Shown here: one piece after another, positions 12,928 through 26,689 of the stretch
Layout: every line of letters starts with the position of its first letter
Numbering within the stretch: the stretch's first letter is position 1
NCBI GenBank assembly: GCA_964016885.1
Contig: OZ024741.1
Coordinates: 317,564,001-317,628,000 of the forward strand
From: Eledone cirrhosa
Taxonomy: Eukaryota
Length of the DNA stretch: 64,000 bases
Direction: 5' to 3'
Translations under genes and position numbers: made by a program
Notes under the pieces: model-generated
The model's database searches: none
The model's input: only the letters and a program-made list of their open reading frames with translations
Told to the model about the DNA's origin: nothing

Positions 12928-13698
12928 AAATATCATATTGGTAGTAATCTATTTTTGAACTTAGCATTTACTGATGTCAACCAGCATGACTTAAAAGCAG
13001 TTAAATACACCGTTACAAGTATAAATTTGGTGAAATACCAGCCCAACTACCCTTTAACGTTACAGATGCTAAGATTAGCAGCTACAAAACTCAGAAATAT
13101 ATATATAAAAAAGGCCAAACATATATAAATTATAAATGAAGTCGCACAATGTTATTTTAAACAACATTCTTTCTTTTTAAGTATACGGCAATCTCCGATC
13201 AAAAATTATATTTTATATTTCCTTAAATCGATTAAATTTCTTTCATTTTGCTTTTAATTATTATCGAATATAATCTAATTTTAAACATTTTATTTTACTA
13301 AAAAATTATTTTGAAAGTGTATATAGAAAATGTTAGGATAATTCTGTTTCTTTTTTTTACTAATAAATCATTCAGAATTTGCAAATACCGATCAATCAGG
13401 TACTTTCATTTATGTACGGCGATTGCTACTTAAAACGAAAGAATGCCTGAATTTTATCTGTTAGTAATTTTTATTGAATCGAACCGACTAAGGAAACGTT
13501 TCTGAAAATAGATCCTTAGTCAATGTTTCTCGATTTTGTTTAGTTTGGGACAGAATTGAACACGTGGTGTGTCAGTCTTGTTTTATATTTCTGAGAAATT
13601 GCAAGACAATAATGCAAAAATTACAAAATCCTTTACTTGTTAATCTTACAAGACAGTAACTATAATTAATTTAAATTTAAAATCACAATAAAACTCAC

Positions 13699-13743
13699 TT
13701 CTTCATCAGAATCAGCACTATCAAAGTTTATATTCTCCTCCAT
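13699..13743 (-). CDS. EBNA1BP2: EBP2 coding exon 1 (MEENINFDSADSDEE)
   Basis: ATG in ACCATGG context, acidic N-terminus, gtgagt donor in phase 0. Confidence 0.8.
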
Positions 13744-14014
13744 GGTGAAATAAATTAAAAACAGAGTATGACAAGGAAGAAGCAACGTTTTATTCACCTT
13801 AAATACGTATTTGGAAATATGTATTATTACCCAAATAAATGGTCCTATAAATATAAAAAAATAATGAAAATAATTATAGTGACAATGTAAAGTATAGAAA
13901 ATTATTTCCTTAATATTTTCCATTAAGAAATAATTTTTAATTAATTGTTAACCCACATTGCCGTATTTAAATATATGGACACCAAACAGAGTTACGTCCC
14001 TTTACGGGGAGAGC

Positions 14015-14460
14015 GCACACAAAGTATAGCCGAATGGTTAAGTTTGTCTCACAACCCCAGGTCTCGGGTTCGATTTAAATGCCGGGTATCTTGAACAAAT
14101 TTCATTTATTATAGTTTTGGTTTGTCTTAAGCTTCGCAAGTAAAATTGAGTAACTGTTTAGAAGCCTGTTGGATGGCCTTGTCACAGAGTGTTGCACTGA
14201 ATCTCCCTTAGATTTATGTTAAAAGTACGCGTGACTATAGAATACACAGCCACTTGCATTATAAATACAAGATGAACTGTACTTGTAATTCAAAACGCCA
14301 GTCTTGACACACACAGCTTTGTGCTGAATCTCCCTGAGAATTTCATTAAGAGTACACTTGCCTGTGGAATGCTCATGCACTTGCATATTAATTTCATGAG
14401 CTGGCTGTTCTGTTGATCGAACAACTGGAACACTCATCGTCGAAACAGACGGAGGTCCAA
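14015..14460 (+). mobile_element. tRNA-headed SINE, second family
   Basis: TAGCCGAATGGTTAA...GGTTCGATT head. The body (GAATCTCCCTGAGAA, CACTTGCATATTAATTTCA) recurs at 15390-15660(-), 17060-17350(-), 5200-5410 and 26250-26570. Confidence 0.7.
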
Positions 14461-14683
14461 GGGAAAGAGCTATGTTCATGGCCTTCTGACATCAGTTAGA
14501 CAGATATGCTTACCTTTCTCTTAATGGTTGCAATTTAGCAAGTGATGTTCATGAAGGTGCTTTAATTGATAAATCTTTACCACAGCACCCATCTCTGAGA
14601 CAGTGTGTTATGGAGTTCTCAGGTGGGACAATCGAAAGAAACATGTAATTTACTACAGTTTGCCATATTTGTTGAAAACACAT

Positions 14684-14960
14684 AAAAAATGCTAGGCAAA
14701 ACCTAAATTTCATTTTCAAAATTCTAACCAAACCTATCAACTAACTATCCTTGAAATATATCTTACCATTACACTTGTCTTGGAGATGGGTGTATTAATA
14801 AAAATTTACCACTTGATTATTCCAATGTCATTGGTAAATTTTTATTAATACACCCATCTCCAAGACAGGTGCAATGGTAAGAAATATTTCAAGGATAGTT
14901 AGTTGATAGGTTTGGTTAGAATTTTGAAAGTGAAATTTAGGTTTTACCTACTATTTTTTG
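14684..14960. repeat. Long inverted repeat, ~125-bp arms with ~20-bp spacer
   Basis: 14684-14810 is the near-perfect reverse complement of 14832-14960. Confidence 0.95.
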
Positions 14961-16279
14961 TGGCTAGCCACAAAAGTCTTTTAGGGAAACTCCAGTATTC
15001 ACTGTTATAATGTATAATCAAGTGTGTACATCTCCATTTTTGTTTGTTTGTTGTTTTCTTGTCTTTCTTTTTTTATTGATTTATTCCTCTTACAAACAAC
15101 AAACATTATATAATTTAACTGATATAACATTTTTATTAATGTTCAGTTGATCACTACAGAAAAAATATAGGTATGATAGGAAGGAACTTCAGAGGTTTAA
15201 TGTTCTGGGAAGTAAGAATTGGGGGCAGCAGGCCTGAGTTGGATACAATACGAATGAGAGACAAGTGAACTGGAAGTGGCATGTTATCAACCAACTCTGA
15301 AAAACAGAGGTCATTGTAATACATGTAGAAATGGTAGAAAAATAGGACTGTTCTTGTGTAGCCATAGTTTACATTGAATATTAACTAATTGGAGCACCGT
15401 TGATTATGACAACAGTGTTCCAGTTGATATGATCAATGGAAGAGCCTGCTCGTGAAATTAATGTGTAAGTGATTGAGCATTCCATAGACATGTATACACT
15501 TAACATAGTTCTCAGGGAGATTCCACATGACACAGATTGTGACGAAACTGGCCCTTCATATTACAGGTACAACTCATTTTTACCAACTGAGTGAGAATTG
15601 AAATCATGAACTTATGATTGGAAGCCGAATACATTAACCACAAAGCCATGTGCCTTCACATTGAATACTTACCAATTCCTTTCTGCATATTAAAAATGAC
15701 GAAGCAGGAAGAGGTTTGTTCAGAACCAGTGATGTTGCAGGTATTCAGATATACTTTATAGAAATATGAGCTTTTGCATTAAAAGAGTCAATGTATACAG
15801 GTGTGATAGGAGGGCTGAATGTTGGCAAACATATACACTCTAAGTGTACAGCTTCAATCTCAATGTTCTTTTGTTTTAACTTTTAAGATCTTGTGCCACA
15901 TGAAACCACATTAGAAAAATTACTATAAACATTTGAATTAACAGACCAGACCCACTTTTAGATATTTTCTGCTAAAAGATTGCAGGATGTTAAGAGTTAA
16001 ATTAACAGCAATCGTCATCGTTTAATGTCCATTTTACACACTAGCATGGATTAGACGAGTTACTCCATTGTGAGACAAACTAGGTCTGATGACCATGATT
16101 TGCTCATACAGGACTGGTTTTGGCTTGGATTCTACAGCCAGAGGCCCCTCCTAATGCCAACCACATTTACAGTGTGTGCTGGGTGCTTTTTGTCGTGACA
16201 CCTACATGGCCACTTTACAGTGGGCTGGGTGCTTTTTATCGTCTCACCTACACAACCATTTTAACATTTATTAAAATGT

Positions 16280-16665
16280 CCTTCTTCGCCCACTTATTCA
16301 AGCAAGCCTACTATTGGGTCCTTTAGAAACAACTGTCTCCAATTGATCCAGCTGAATCCCTAAGCGAGACCAGCCAAGCTCATGAATGTTATCCAACCAT
16401 CTCTCTCGGGGTCTCCTGCCAATTGGTTTTGCCTGTAAAAGCTGTCCAATGATTCTTTCCTTAGAGATTCTATGTTTGTAGTATCAGAGTTGTGATCTCT
16501 CAATTTGGGGAAGTAGCAGCTCTACCTAGAGTGGCTCCCTGATCTCTAAGTTATGCAGTCTATCAAGTAACGTTAGTCCAAAACCCCTTTGGAGGAACCC
16601 CATTTCAGCCAATTGTATTTGCAATCATATTCTTTCGATCATTACCCAAGATTTATGACCATAAT
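16280..16665 (-). mobile_element. Old LINE 3' fragment, (GAA)n-tailed RTE-like family
   Basis: Homologous to 29995-30806 and 45770-46190 (GAGAGATCACAGCTCTGATACTA core). Confidence 0.65.
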
Positions 16666-18719
16666 CAATTACAACAATTTCCTTTAATTATTATCAAACA
16701 AAATTTTATTTTAAACATTTTCTTTTATTAATATATTCTGAATTTATATATACAGATCAGTCAGGTACCATTCATTTTCATTGTATTGTGTACAGCAATT
16801 GCTGTCTAGTTAAAATGAAAGAATGCCAGTCTCAGAATAAATATATATCTGTGTGTTTGTGTTTATCCATATTTATGTCTACATGTAGGCTGCTTAACAA
16901 CTGGGACTGTTTGTCCTATAACTTAGCAGTTTAACAAATAAGAGATTGATAATATAAGTACCAGACTTGGGGGCTGATATTAAACTAAACTCTCAAAGGC
17001 AATACAGTATGATCGCAGTGCAATGAAAATAATAACAGTAAATGGTTACATAAATATGGTGGAAGGCACTCCGTTGGTTACGAGTGTTCCAGTTGATCCA
17101 ATCAACGGAACAGCCTGCTCATGAAATTAACATGCAAGTGGCTGAGCATTCCACAAACAAGCATACCCTTAACGTAGTTCTCAGGGAGATTCGGCATGAC
17201 ACAGGATGTGACAAGGCAGGCTCTTCGAATTACAGGTACAACTCATTTTTGCCAGTTGAGTGAACTGGAGCAACGTGAAATAAAGTGTCTTGCTCAAGAA
17301 CACAGCACACCACAGGAAATCAAACTCACAACCTTACGATCATGAGCCTTCACATATATAAATATATTAGCATGCTAACAAACAATATCATTAACTGGAC
17401 AAAACAATAAAAATAACAATAATAATACAAAATATGACTAAATTTATCAGTTTTATTATTTTATTTATTTGACATTTCTCTAACTAGTTTTACAAAATCA
17501 GTCTAGTATACACACATATGTTGTCTGTAAACACAAGGAAATTACCATTTTGGCTTACAATTCCATAAACATGGGCCCTGAACTCCTGGTGGAGTTGAAA
17601 GGCATTTAAACCTGGCTAGCTTATCACTCTCTAGGTCTGAACATAGCTGACCTCTTATGTTTATACAAAGAAAAAAAAGCACTACCTTAAGTTTCAAGAA
17701 TTATGGCCATCTCCCCAACACATACATATACAAACATTATATATATATATACACATATATATATATAGACACACATTTATATATACATACATATAAGCAG
17801 AAGAGAGACAACAATTTAATATGTTTATTACATTACACAATGATCACGCTCAAAAGTGGCCTTGATTATGTAACATTTTTATATACACATATATATATAT
17901 ACCATATATACTAGTGTATAAGCCAAAAAATATTGGGAAACAAAAATTGATAAAATGAAGGGTAATCTTATATTTGAGGTCAAAATTTTGCCAATTTTCA
18001 CCGGCTTCAACATTTAAGTAAAAAAGGCACCCAAACATCTGGAGTGATTTCTTTACAATAAAACAGTTTTACTATATTTTAAAAGCATTTTTACAAAATA
18101 TTTTACAGTCTTTATTTATGTTTACATTTCTCCCAGAATATGAGTAGCCAGAAGTAAACAAAAATCTGTTGAAACTTCATATACAAATGAAATTGTAAAA
18201 AAAATCATTATATAATGGAGTTATAAAATAAAGACTATACTCTAAACAACACTTAGAATTATTTTAGATGTCAAAATATTAAAACTTCATAAAAATATTC
18301 TCCAATCATGGGAATTTGCAAAACTGCACCATCTAGACATGAGTTGATTAGCTACCTCAGCTTATAAATGGGGTTTGGAATTTTGCCCATTTCTCAGACA
18401 TACTGGGTGGTGGGGTTGGCTTATATTCATACTGATTTATACACAAGTATATACAGTATATATATAGATATCATCATCATCACCATTTAACGTCCATTTT
18501 TCCACACTACTATGAGTTAGACATGTTGTCTCATTGTGAGACATTTTAGATCAGATAACCGTGTCTTGCTCATACTTAACTGTTTTTAGTTTGGTTTCTA
18601 CAGCAGGATGCCCTTCTTAACACCAAAACAATCATTTAACAGTGTGGCTCCATTTATATAAATATATAATACATAATACAACCAAAGGCTTAGGGAGAAA
18701 AGTTGATCTCTCAACTTGT

Positions 18720-18929
18720 ACATACATATATATATACATACATACTTATATATATTTACATATATATATACATATATATGTATACATATACATATATATA
18801 TACATACACACATATATATAAACACACACATATATATACACACACATATATATATATACACACATATATATACATACACACACATATATATATACACACA
18901 CATATATATACATATATATATATATTTAC

Positions 18930-18962
<33 letters not shown>

Positions 18963-19030
18963 TATATACATGTGTGTGTGTGTGTGTATACATATTCACA
19001 TATATATATTCACATATATATCTATACATA
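18720..19030. repeat. Compound (TA)n/(CA)n microsatellite
   Basis: Seen directly in sequence. Confidence 0.95.
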
Positions 19031-19635
19031 GATGGGCCATAATTAAGCTTCTGATTACTAATAATTGTTTCTACTTTAGCCACAAGGCCAGCAATTACCC
19101 AGTGCATTACTGGTACTTTATTTTATTGACCCCGTAAGGATGAAAGGCAAAGTCAACCTCGGCGGGATTTGAACTCAGATTGTAAAGGGACGTAACTATG
19201 CTGGAAAGCATGGCGTCCGACCCTCTACCGATACTGCCAATCCACCACTTCTGATTACTAATAATGGTGTCCTTGCTAGCAGGCAACATTCCAAACATTT
19301 AATGTAACTATATGAACTTACATGAATTGCCTATGTACTACTTTTGGAATAAAGATGACCACATTAATGAAGAATTTGGAGATAGTATTTGCAACATAAC
19401 AAATATTTCTTTTTATATAATACTATATTTGAAAGTTTAGGTACCGTTTGAAATGAGTGATTTGTTTCATAAAACCAGAGCTAGTTGTGGCCAGGCTGTT
19501 ATCAAAAGGTTTAATGTTACCATGGTTTCTTTTTTCCACGCTATTTCTTAAGAGTGAGTAAGTAAACTAAGTATGGCCCATCTTGTATATACCATACATA
19601 TTCACATACAAGAAGACATACACATACCTACACAC

Positions 19636-19692
<57 letters not shown>

Positions 19693-19741
19693 TGTATATA
19701 TATATATAATCAAAAATATATAGCTGGAAAATTATTTTTAA

Positions 19742-19938
19742 CCCTTTAGCATTTAAACTGGCCAAATCCAACCAGAATTCCCTTACCTCTTTCTGTCAAA
19801 CCGACTGCTGATACTGATGTTAAGGTATTGTTCTCAAGATAAATAACATCAAAATCTTGTAGATTCGATATTATGTAAGATACAGCTTTTACCACAAAAA
19901 TACCATAGTAAATATAGAGTAATGTAAATGCTAATGGA
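19742..19938. mobile_element. TTAA MITE copy
   Basis: TTAA flanks; CCCTTTAGCATTTA TIR. Confidence 0.85.
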
Positions 19939-20694
19939 TTAAAGGATTTTGAATACGTTACACGTTTTGAGAGTATTATGATGGTATGCACTATTCAGAG
20001 AATTACTGAAAGGATGTTATGCGTAACTTGTATAAACAAAAAATACATAGAAAAATGAAACAATTTTTTAAAAATTTACATACTACTTTCATCAAAGGTA
20101 TTTAAAAATTATATTCAATTAAAACAGAACATTACCAAAGTCAATTCCCACATTACATATAACGAAGGACAGGAAAGCCCACCTATTGACAAAATCAAGG
20201 GGCTCATATCACTCTAATATGTACACACATACGACCATGTGATATAATATAGACATTTGATTGGTTAAAAAAACAAAGACAATAACCATGGTTACTGATT
20301 ACATCCTCATAGTTGTTTTTCTTTTGACCCGCCCCTCGTCCCCCAGTATATACAAAAATAAAGACTAGAAACAAGTAAAAATAAAGATATTAAATAATAA
20401 CAATTTCTTTTACAGGCATGCAGAGGGAGGGCACAAATGTTGAAGGGAAAGGGTGTGATCTGTAGATAATTTGTTGGAATTTTTGTTTACTTCCCAACCC
20501 AGTCACCAGATCCCCACCCCACCCTCACAGTCAACCTCCAGCAGGGTTTCAACTTGGAACAAAAAAACTAAATACCATACTTTCAACACCAGGAGTCTCC
20601 AAAGCATTTTGTCCGTTGCTCTACTGATTCGGCCAGTCCAAGTCTCTTTACAACAAATGTAATAATACTAAACTGTAGATGTTAGCAACATTAA

Positions 20695-20928
20695 ACCTTT
20701 TGTTACCATATTTCCATAATATACTACACATATTTTTTAAACAATTTTTAAAATAATCAAGAACTTACAGAGATTTCATAAAATAACTTTACCATTATTA
20801 CACTGGTGTCAGGAACAAAACAAAATATTCTTACAAATGGGCAGTTTTAATTTAGATTTAAATATTTTAAAATGGGAGGTTTTATATCAGAAGTAGCAGC
20901 CATCTTGAGTGAGTTGGCATCAAAGGGG
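20695..20928. mobile_element. TTAA MITE with ends resembling piggyBac 632-3178
   Basis: TTAA-ACCTTTTGTTACCATA ... GGCATCAAAGGGG-TTAA. Confidence 0.55.
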
Positions 20929-21516
20929 TTAAAACAAATGAAATCTACAGCTCACACTTAATGATAGAAGCCCAGTCATATCATTTTGTTGTTACAGCTC
21001 ACACCAATGTAGGTTTAGCTGGCCTCCTATTAATTTGTATTTCATAGGAGGTTTCTTAGGTGGTTTAATGATAGAAGCCCAGTCATATCATGAAAAACAA
21101 TATGAAATGAAATAACTTGCTCAAGAACACTGCTCAGTTCAGGAATCAAACTCGTGACCTTATGATTGTGAGTCCAACAAGGTGTAAACAGAAGGTATGG
21201 TCTATCTAGAGTCAATGATTTAAAAAATAAAGCTTTTTTTAAAATAAGAAGGAAAAACTTACGAATTTCTAAGGAAAAATATGAATAAAAGAAAATATAA
21301 TTCACCAGATCTAGATGTAATTTCCCTCCAGTTGCTAGTGTATACATAGTATGATTGTGTGTGTATGTGTATATATATATATGCATGTATGTATGTATAT
21401 TTGTATGTGTGCACAATTGAATGTGTATACCAACATGTGTCAACAGATATTTTTTAATGTATATATACACACATATATAACATATATATAATACATATAC
21501 ATATACACACACACAC

Positions 21517-21580
<64 letters not shown>

Positions 21581-21819
21581 TTATATGTATATAATTATAT
21601 ATTTCTGTGTATATGAACATTACATATATGTGTGTGTGTAAGTATGCATGTATATATATTTATAGCATACATATTTATGTGTGCATATATGTACATATGT
21701 ATCAAGCAATATATATCAATATATAATATACCTTAATATATCTCAATATATTTTGCTCATCGCACTTCAGGTGCGAAACTGATGTCCGGCAGAGAAGAAG
21801 AAAATATTTGTCCTTCATT

Positions 21820-23904
21820 TCACGAATAAATTGCTTGCCACAGGTGGTTTGTTACTGAGACAGGTGTGTAGTCTTTGATGTTTTTACAGGCAGGGGGGGT
21901 GACTCCGGGCCGGATAAAGCTATTGTTACTCTCAACTATGAATGGTCCTGGAGGTGGGGGAAGGACAGCCACTGGTGATGCCAGGCCAGAGCTGCTGCTG
22001 CCAATAACACTGCCACCACCAACGGTTGCAGCAACAACTGCACCTGCATTAAGTGCAGTAGCATGAGGTTGCTGGCTGTGTTGCCTGGCATGTGTGCGTC
22101 TGTGTCGCTGCAGTTTGTCAGTTCGAGCGAACAGCTTCCCGCAGAATTCACAGCTGAATGGTTTCTCTCCGGAGTGGGTCCTTCGATGACATTGCAATGT
22201 ATCGCGTCGAGCAAATCTCTGGATACAGAGATCACACTGGTAGGGTTTGTCCCCAGTGTGGGTTCGCTTGTGACATTGCAGAGTGTCCCGGCGGGCAAAC
22301 CGGCGGCCACAGACATCACACTCAAACGGCCGCTCACCAGAGTGTGTCCGTTTGTGACAAACAAGTTTATCCCGCTGGGCAAACTGCCTCTCACAAAGAC
22401 TGCAATGGAATGGTTTGATGCCTGAATGAGTTCGTTTGTGACAAGTCAACTGATCAGATCGAGCAAATTTTTTAGGACAGATGTCACAGGCGAATGGCTT
22501 CAGGCCTGTGTGTGTCCGTTTATGACATAACAGTGTGTCTCGTCTTGCAAACTGACCACTGCACAGGTCACAGTGGTATGGTTTTTCACCCGAGTGAGTT
22601 CGTTTGTGACATTGAAGTTTGTCCCGCCGGGCAAATTTTTTAGGACAGACTTCACATTGAAATGGCTTTTCACCTGTGTGGGTTCGTTTATGGCACTGCA
22701 AGGTGTCACGACGGGCAAACTGCCCGTTACAGACATCACAGTGGAAAGGTTTCTCACCCGTGTGAGTTCTTTTATGACACTGTAAAGCATCTCGACGGGC
22801 AAACTGATGTGGGCAAACGTCACAATGATAGGGTTTTTCTTGGTGAACGTGGTGATTGTGGTGGTGGTGATTGTGGTGGTGGTGATGGTTGGATTGCTGT
22901 TGGTGTTGGTGTTGTTGTTGTTGTGGCTGCTGCTGCTGCTGCTGTTGTTGATGTGATGTAGTTATTGTTGACATTGATGATGATGATGGTGGTGGTGGTG
23001 GTTGTGGTTGTAATGATTGTTGGTGGTGATGGCCAATGGGGGGTGATGACATGGACTGTGAAGAAGAGCAGGAAGGGGAAGAGGTGGAGGAAGGGGGACA
23101 AATGTCACAATGCTGATGATGATGGTGTTGGGAGGAGGAGGAGGTTGAATGTGAAGATGATGAAGATGGGGTGGGTGGAGAGGACGGTAGAAAGGGAGAC
23201 ACATGTGGAGGTGGACAGATATCGCAGTGGAAGTTAGGCAGCTTGTCGTGATGCTGCTGTTGCTGGTGGTGGTGATGGTGGTACTGGTTCATATGGGCAC
23301 GCTGGGGTGACATTGGAGGGCAGGCGTCGCAATGGTAAGTCTTGCTGATAGTGCGAGAAGAGTTGTGGTGGGAGGTGTGATGGGAGGAGGTGTGGTGAGG
23401 GGATGTGTGATGAGGGGATGTGTGATGAGGAGAGGTGTGGTGAGGTGAGGTGTGATGAGGGGAGGGGGAGGACGATGTAGCAGTGTTCTTTGGTTGGTTC
23501 ATCAATGGGGAAGAAGAGGATGAAGAAGAAGAGGGACTGGGAGACGGTAGAGGTAGAGGGGGGATGGGTGGTGCCATTGATGATGGCAGCGATGGAGGAG
23601 GTATTGATGATGACTGCGGTAAGGCTTTCCCCAGGGAGAGAGGTTTGCCGTAAATATCCCAGTAAGGTTTACTACTAACAGCAGTTGCAGTTGTGGCAGC
23701 ACTGTGCAAGCGATTGTGCATGTGCATACTGCTGCAGTTAGATGGATAGGATTTCGAATTACACACATTTCCATGGTATACCTTCTCTGTGTGCATGTGA
23801 GACATTTTATGTATGGGAGGTACAACTGCAGAACTGCTGCATGGAAGGTACTGCTTCTGTCGCATGCTTTTCCCCCCTCCACCGTGTCCAAGGTGACTCT
23901 CCAT
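21820..23904 (-). CDS. C2H2 zinc-finger protein, 9 tandem fingers, His/Gln/Ser/Pro-rich N-terminus, intronless CDS
   Basis: Uninterrupted 694-aa ORF from ATG 23904; nine CxxC...HxxxH fingers with TGEKP-type linkers. Confidence 0.95.
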   Translation of the reverse strand: MESHLGHGGGGKSMRQKQYLPCSSSAVVPPIHKMSHMHTEKVYHGNVCNSKSYPSNCSSMHMHNRLHSAATTATAVSSKPYWDIYGKPLSLGKALPQSSSIPPPSLPSSMAPPIPPLPLPSPSPSSSSSSSSPLMNQPKNTATSSSPSPHHTSPHHTSPHHTSPHHTSPHHTSSHHTSHHNSSRTISKTYHCDACPPMSPQRAHMNQYHHHHHQQQQHHDKLPNFHCDICPPPHVSPFLPSSPPTPSSSSSHSTSSSSQHHHHQHCDICPPSSTSSPSCSSSQSMSSPPIGHHHQQSLQPQPPPPPSSSSMSTITTSHQQQQQQQQPQQQQHQHQQQSNHHHHHNHHHHNHHVHQEKPYHCDVCPHQFARRDALQCHKRTHTGEKPFHCDVCNGQFARRDTLQCHKRTHTGEKPFQCEVCPKKFARRDKLQCHKRTHSGEKPYHCDLCSGQFARRDTLLCHKRTHTGLKPFACDICPKKFARSDQLTCHKRTHSGIKPFHCSLCERQFAQRDKLVCHKRTHSGERPFECDVCGRRFARRDTLQCHKRTHTGDKPYQCDLCIQRFARRDTLQCHRRTHSGEKPFSCEFCGKLFARTDKLQRHRRTHARQHSQQPHATALNAGAVVAATVGGGSVIGSSSSGLASPVAVLPPPPGPFIVESNNSFIRPGVTPPACKNIKDYTPVSVTNHLWQAIYS

Positions 23905-24201
23905 CACAAACTACACTATGTACGTACAATATATATTATACCTACAATATTTACTTTAAATATATACTAACAATATATACTTACAAATCCAATTTCTGAA
24001 ATTTAATAATAATTAGTGTTATATATATATATATATATTATATTATATAAGAGGTCCAAGAGCTCAGAGACATAAGTCTCCTTCTCTCTCACAAAACCCT
24101 CAAATTTTGTGAAGAGCTCTGTTCCTCCTAGGTGCCCTCGAAAGCTGCTTTTTTTTACCTTGCAAAATCTCTCTCACGGGCTCTGTGTAGTTGTGTGTGT
24201 G

Positions 24202-24238
<37 letters not shown>

Positions 24239-24543
24239 CAGTATTTACACACACATACATACATATATATATCAGTCTCTCTATCAATTAATCTATATAT
24301 TTTCAATTAGTCTCTATAAATTGGTGTGTGTTTGTGTATGTTTATAATTTCAATCAAATCAAATAAGATCAGGTAAATTTAATTACACTCTTCTAATTCC
24401 AAAAAGTTTGTTTGTTTTTTAACTTCTGTAGGAAAATGAAATTTCATTAAATTTTCAATGAAAGCATTTCCTACAATTTTTCCATTTTTCTTTTGTTTTG
24501 TCTTTGTGTTTGTATGAGTCCTACTATATTTTTTCTCTAGAGT

Positions 24544-24731
24544 TGTTGGTTTTCAAAAGAAAGGGTTTGTTGTCATTGTTGGTTTTCAAAAGAATGGGTT
24601 TGTTGTTATTGTTGGTTTTCAAAAGAAAGGGTTTGTTGTTATTGTTGGTTTTCAAAAGAAAGGGTTTGTTGTTATTGTTGGTTTTCAAAAGAAAGGGTTT
24701 GTTGTTATTGTTGGTTTTCAAAAGAATGGGT
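24544..24731. repeat. 33-bp minisatellite, ~6 copies
   Basis: TTGTTGGTTTTCAAAAGAAAGGGTTTGTTGTTA repeated. Confidence 0.92.
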
Positions 24732-25130
24732 GTTCACAAAAATGGGTTTGATGTATGGTTTTGATTTAATAGTTTTTTATTGTAAAAACTGCAGTAGCTT
24801 CAGTTGGCTTCGTATGGAATGGGTTAATAAGAATATATTTCTCCTCTTCACAGCAGCAGGAAGTGGCTACAACAGTATTTCAATTCTGGTGATAGCGGCA
24901 TGAATAATGAGGAAAATTGTACTACAGAGTGAACCATAAAACCTGCTTGGAACTGCAAGGGGGAACAATACTGTCGGGAGGTGCCAAAATCGTAGAGATC
25001 TCCAGTCTACAGTTGATAAGAGGAATGTCATGCAGTGCAAACTGTATGTAGAAAATGGATTATTTTTATAGTTTTCTTGTATTTTGCTGTTTATATTTTT
25101 GTGTTTTTCTCAGTCTTCTTCACAGCAGAA

Positions 25131-25173
<43 letters not shown>

Positions 25174-25227
25174 TTAAAACAATGAAATAAAAAATCAAGT
25201 CATCATATCTCTAATGACTTTATTTTT

Positions 25228-25264
<37 letters not shown>

Positions 25265-25523
25265 GGTGTGTGTTATTTTATGTTGTTTTTACTAAGTCCT
25301 CTTCACAGCAGCAGCAGCAGTATATATAAGATTTGTATGTTGATATCCTCCTCAGTCCTCTTCACAAGTAGTAAATCGCTTGACACTCTTGAAGAGCATC
25401 TTTCGCAGGATAAAAGGTTTCATAATGAGGGTCTTTCTGCAAAACATAACATCTGAAAATAATTAAACAGAAGAGCTTAATTAACCTTTTTGTTACCATA
25501 TTCTTAATGTTGAAATATTTTAA

Positions 25524-25741
25524 CCCTTTAGCATTTAAACCAGCCATATCTGGCCAGAATTCTCCCACTCTTTCTGTTCAAAACGGCTGTAACCGGCCAC
25601 TCATACTTATGTTAAGGTATTGTTTTCAAAATAAATAGTATCAAAATCTCATAGATTCGATATTATGTGAGATAAATATGTAAAGTAAAGCCTTTAGCAG
25701 GAAAATACAATAGTAAATATAGTATAATGTAAATTCTAGGG
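25524..25741. mobile_element. TTAA MITE copy
   Basis: TTAA flanks; same family. Confidence 0.85.
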
Positions 25742-26689
25742 TTAAGGCCATTTTTCCTGCCAAAGCTGGAGTTAGCCCTGCAGGCCCCATGACAGTTTTC
25801 ATATTCATCATAGGATCCTTTTTGAGACAATGTTTTACAGCCAGACCCACCATAAATGCTATAATTTATTTAATGATAACACTAAATTGACAACTATTAA
25901 ACCCAGAGTATATATGCAAGGACCAGATATTAATTCCAGATCCAGTTTGACTGTATTATTCCACATTTTTAGTTACCCATCTCACCATTTACACCACTCC
26001 AAGAGGAATTCTGGTACAAATGCACTGCAGAGGAGTTCATCTTATGGATTGCAGAGTCTATCACTGAACTAATAGGGGTGTTTTTTAAACTGGAATTGTT
26101 GAGACAGGACTTTAAATTGATTAACCAGGTGGTTATTTTCTGAGTACAATGTAGGACATTAGTGTGACATGTAATGCAAGCCTTTTCTATATAATACATT
26201 GTTTATATTGCTTTGGGGTCACAAACAAGGCTGATTGTGTATATGAAAACTGTGGAAGTCTGTTGGATGGTACTGTATCATGTAATTTCAAGGTCCAGCC
26301 TAGTCACATAATGTGTCATGCTGATTCAGCTCAGGAATCACATTAAGGTGCACATGTCTATGGACTACCCAATCACTTATACTATATTACAAGATGGATT
26401 GTACCAGTAGTTTAAAGGTCAAGCCCTATCAAATTAATTCAATTCAGGAATCACATCAAGTGTACACATGTCTGTGGAATACTCAACCATTTACACATTA
26501 ACACATTACTTCACAAGTTGGATGTGCTGTTGATTGAACAACGGAATACTGATCATCGAAATCAAAGGAGGATCTATCATTGCTTTGAATCACTTTTTAT
26601 ATTACTTTGAGTTGTATGTTGCATATAATAATAATAATAGTGATAATGATTTCTTTATTAACCACGAGGATTAATAATAATAAGCAGTT

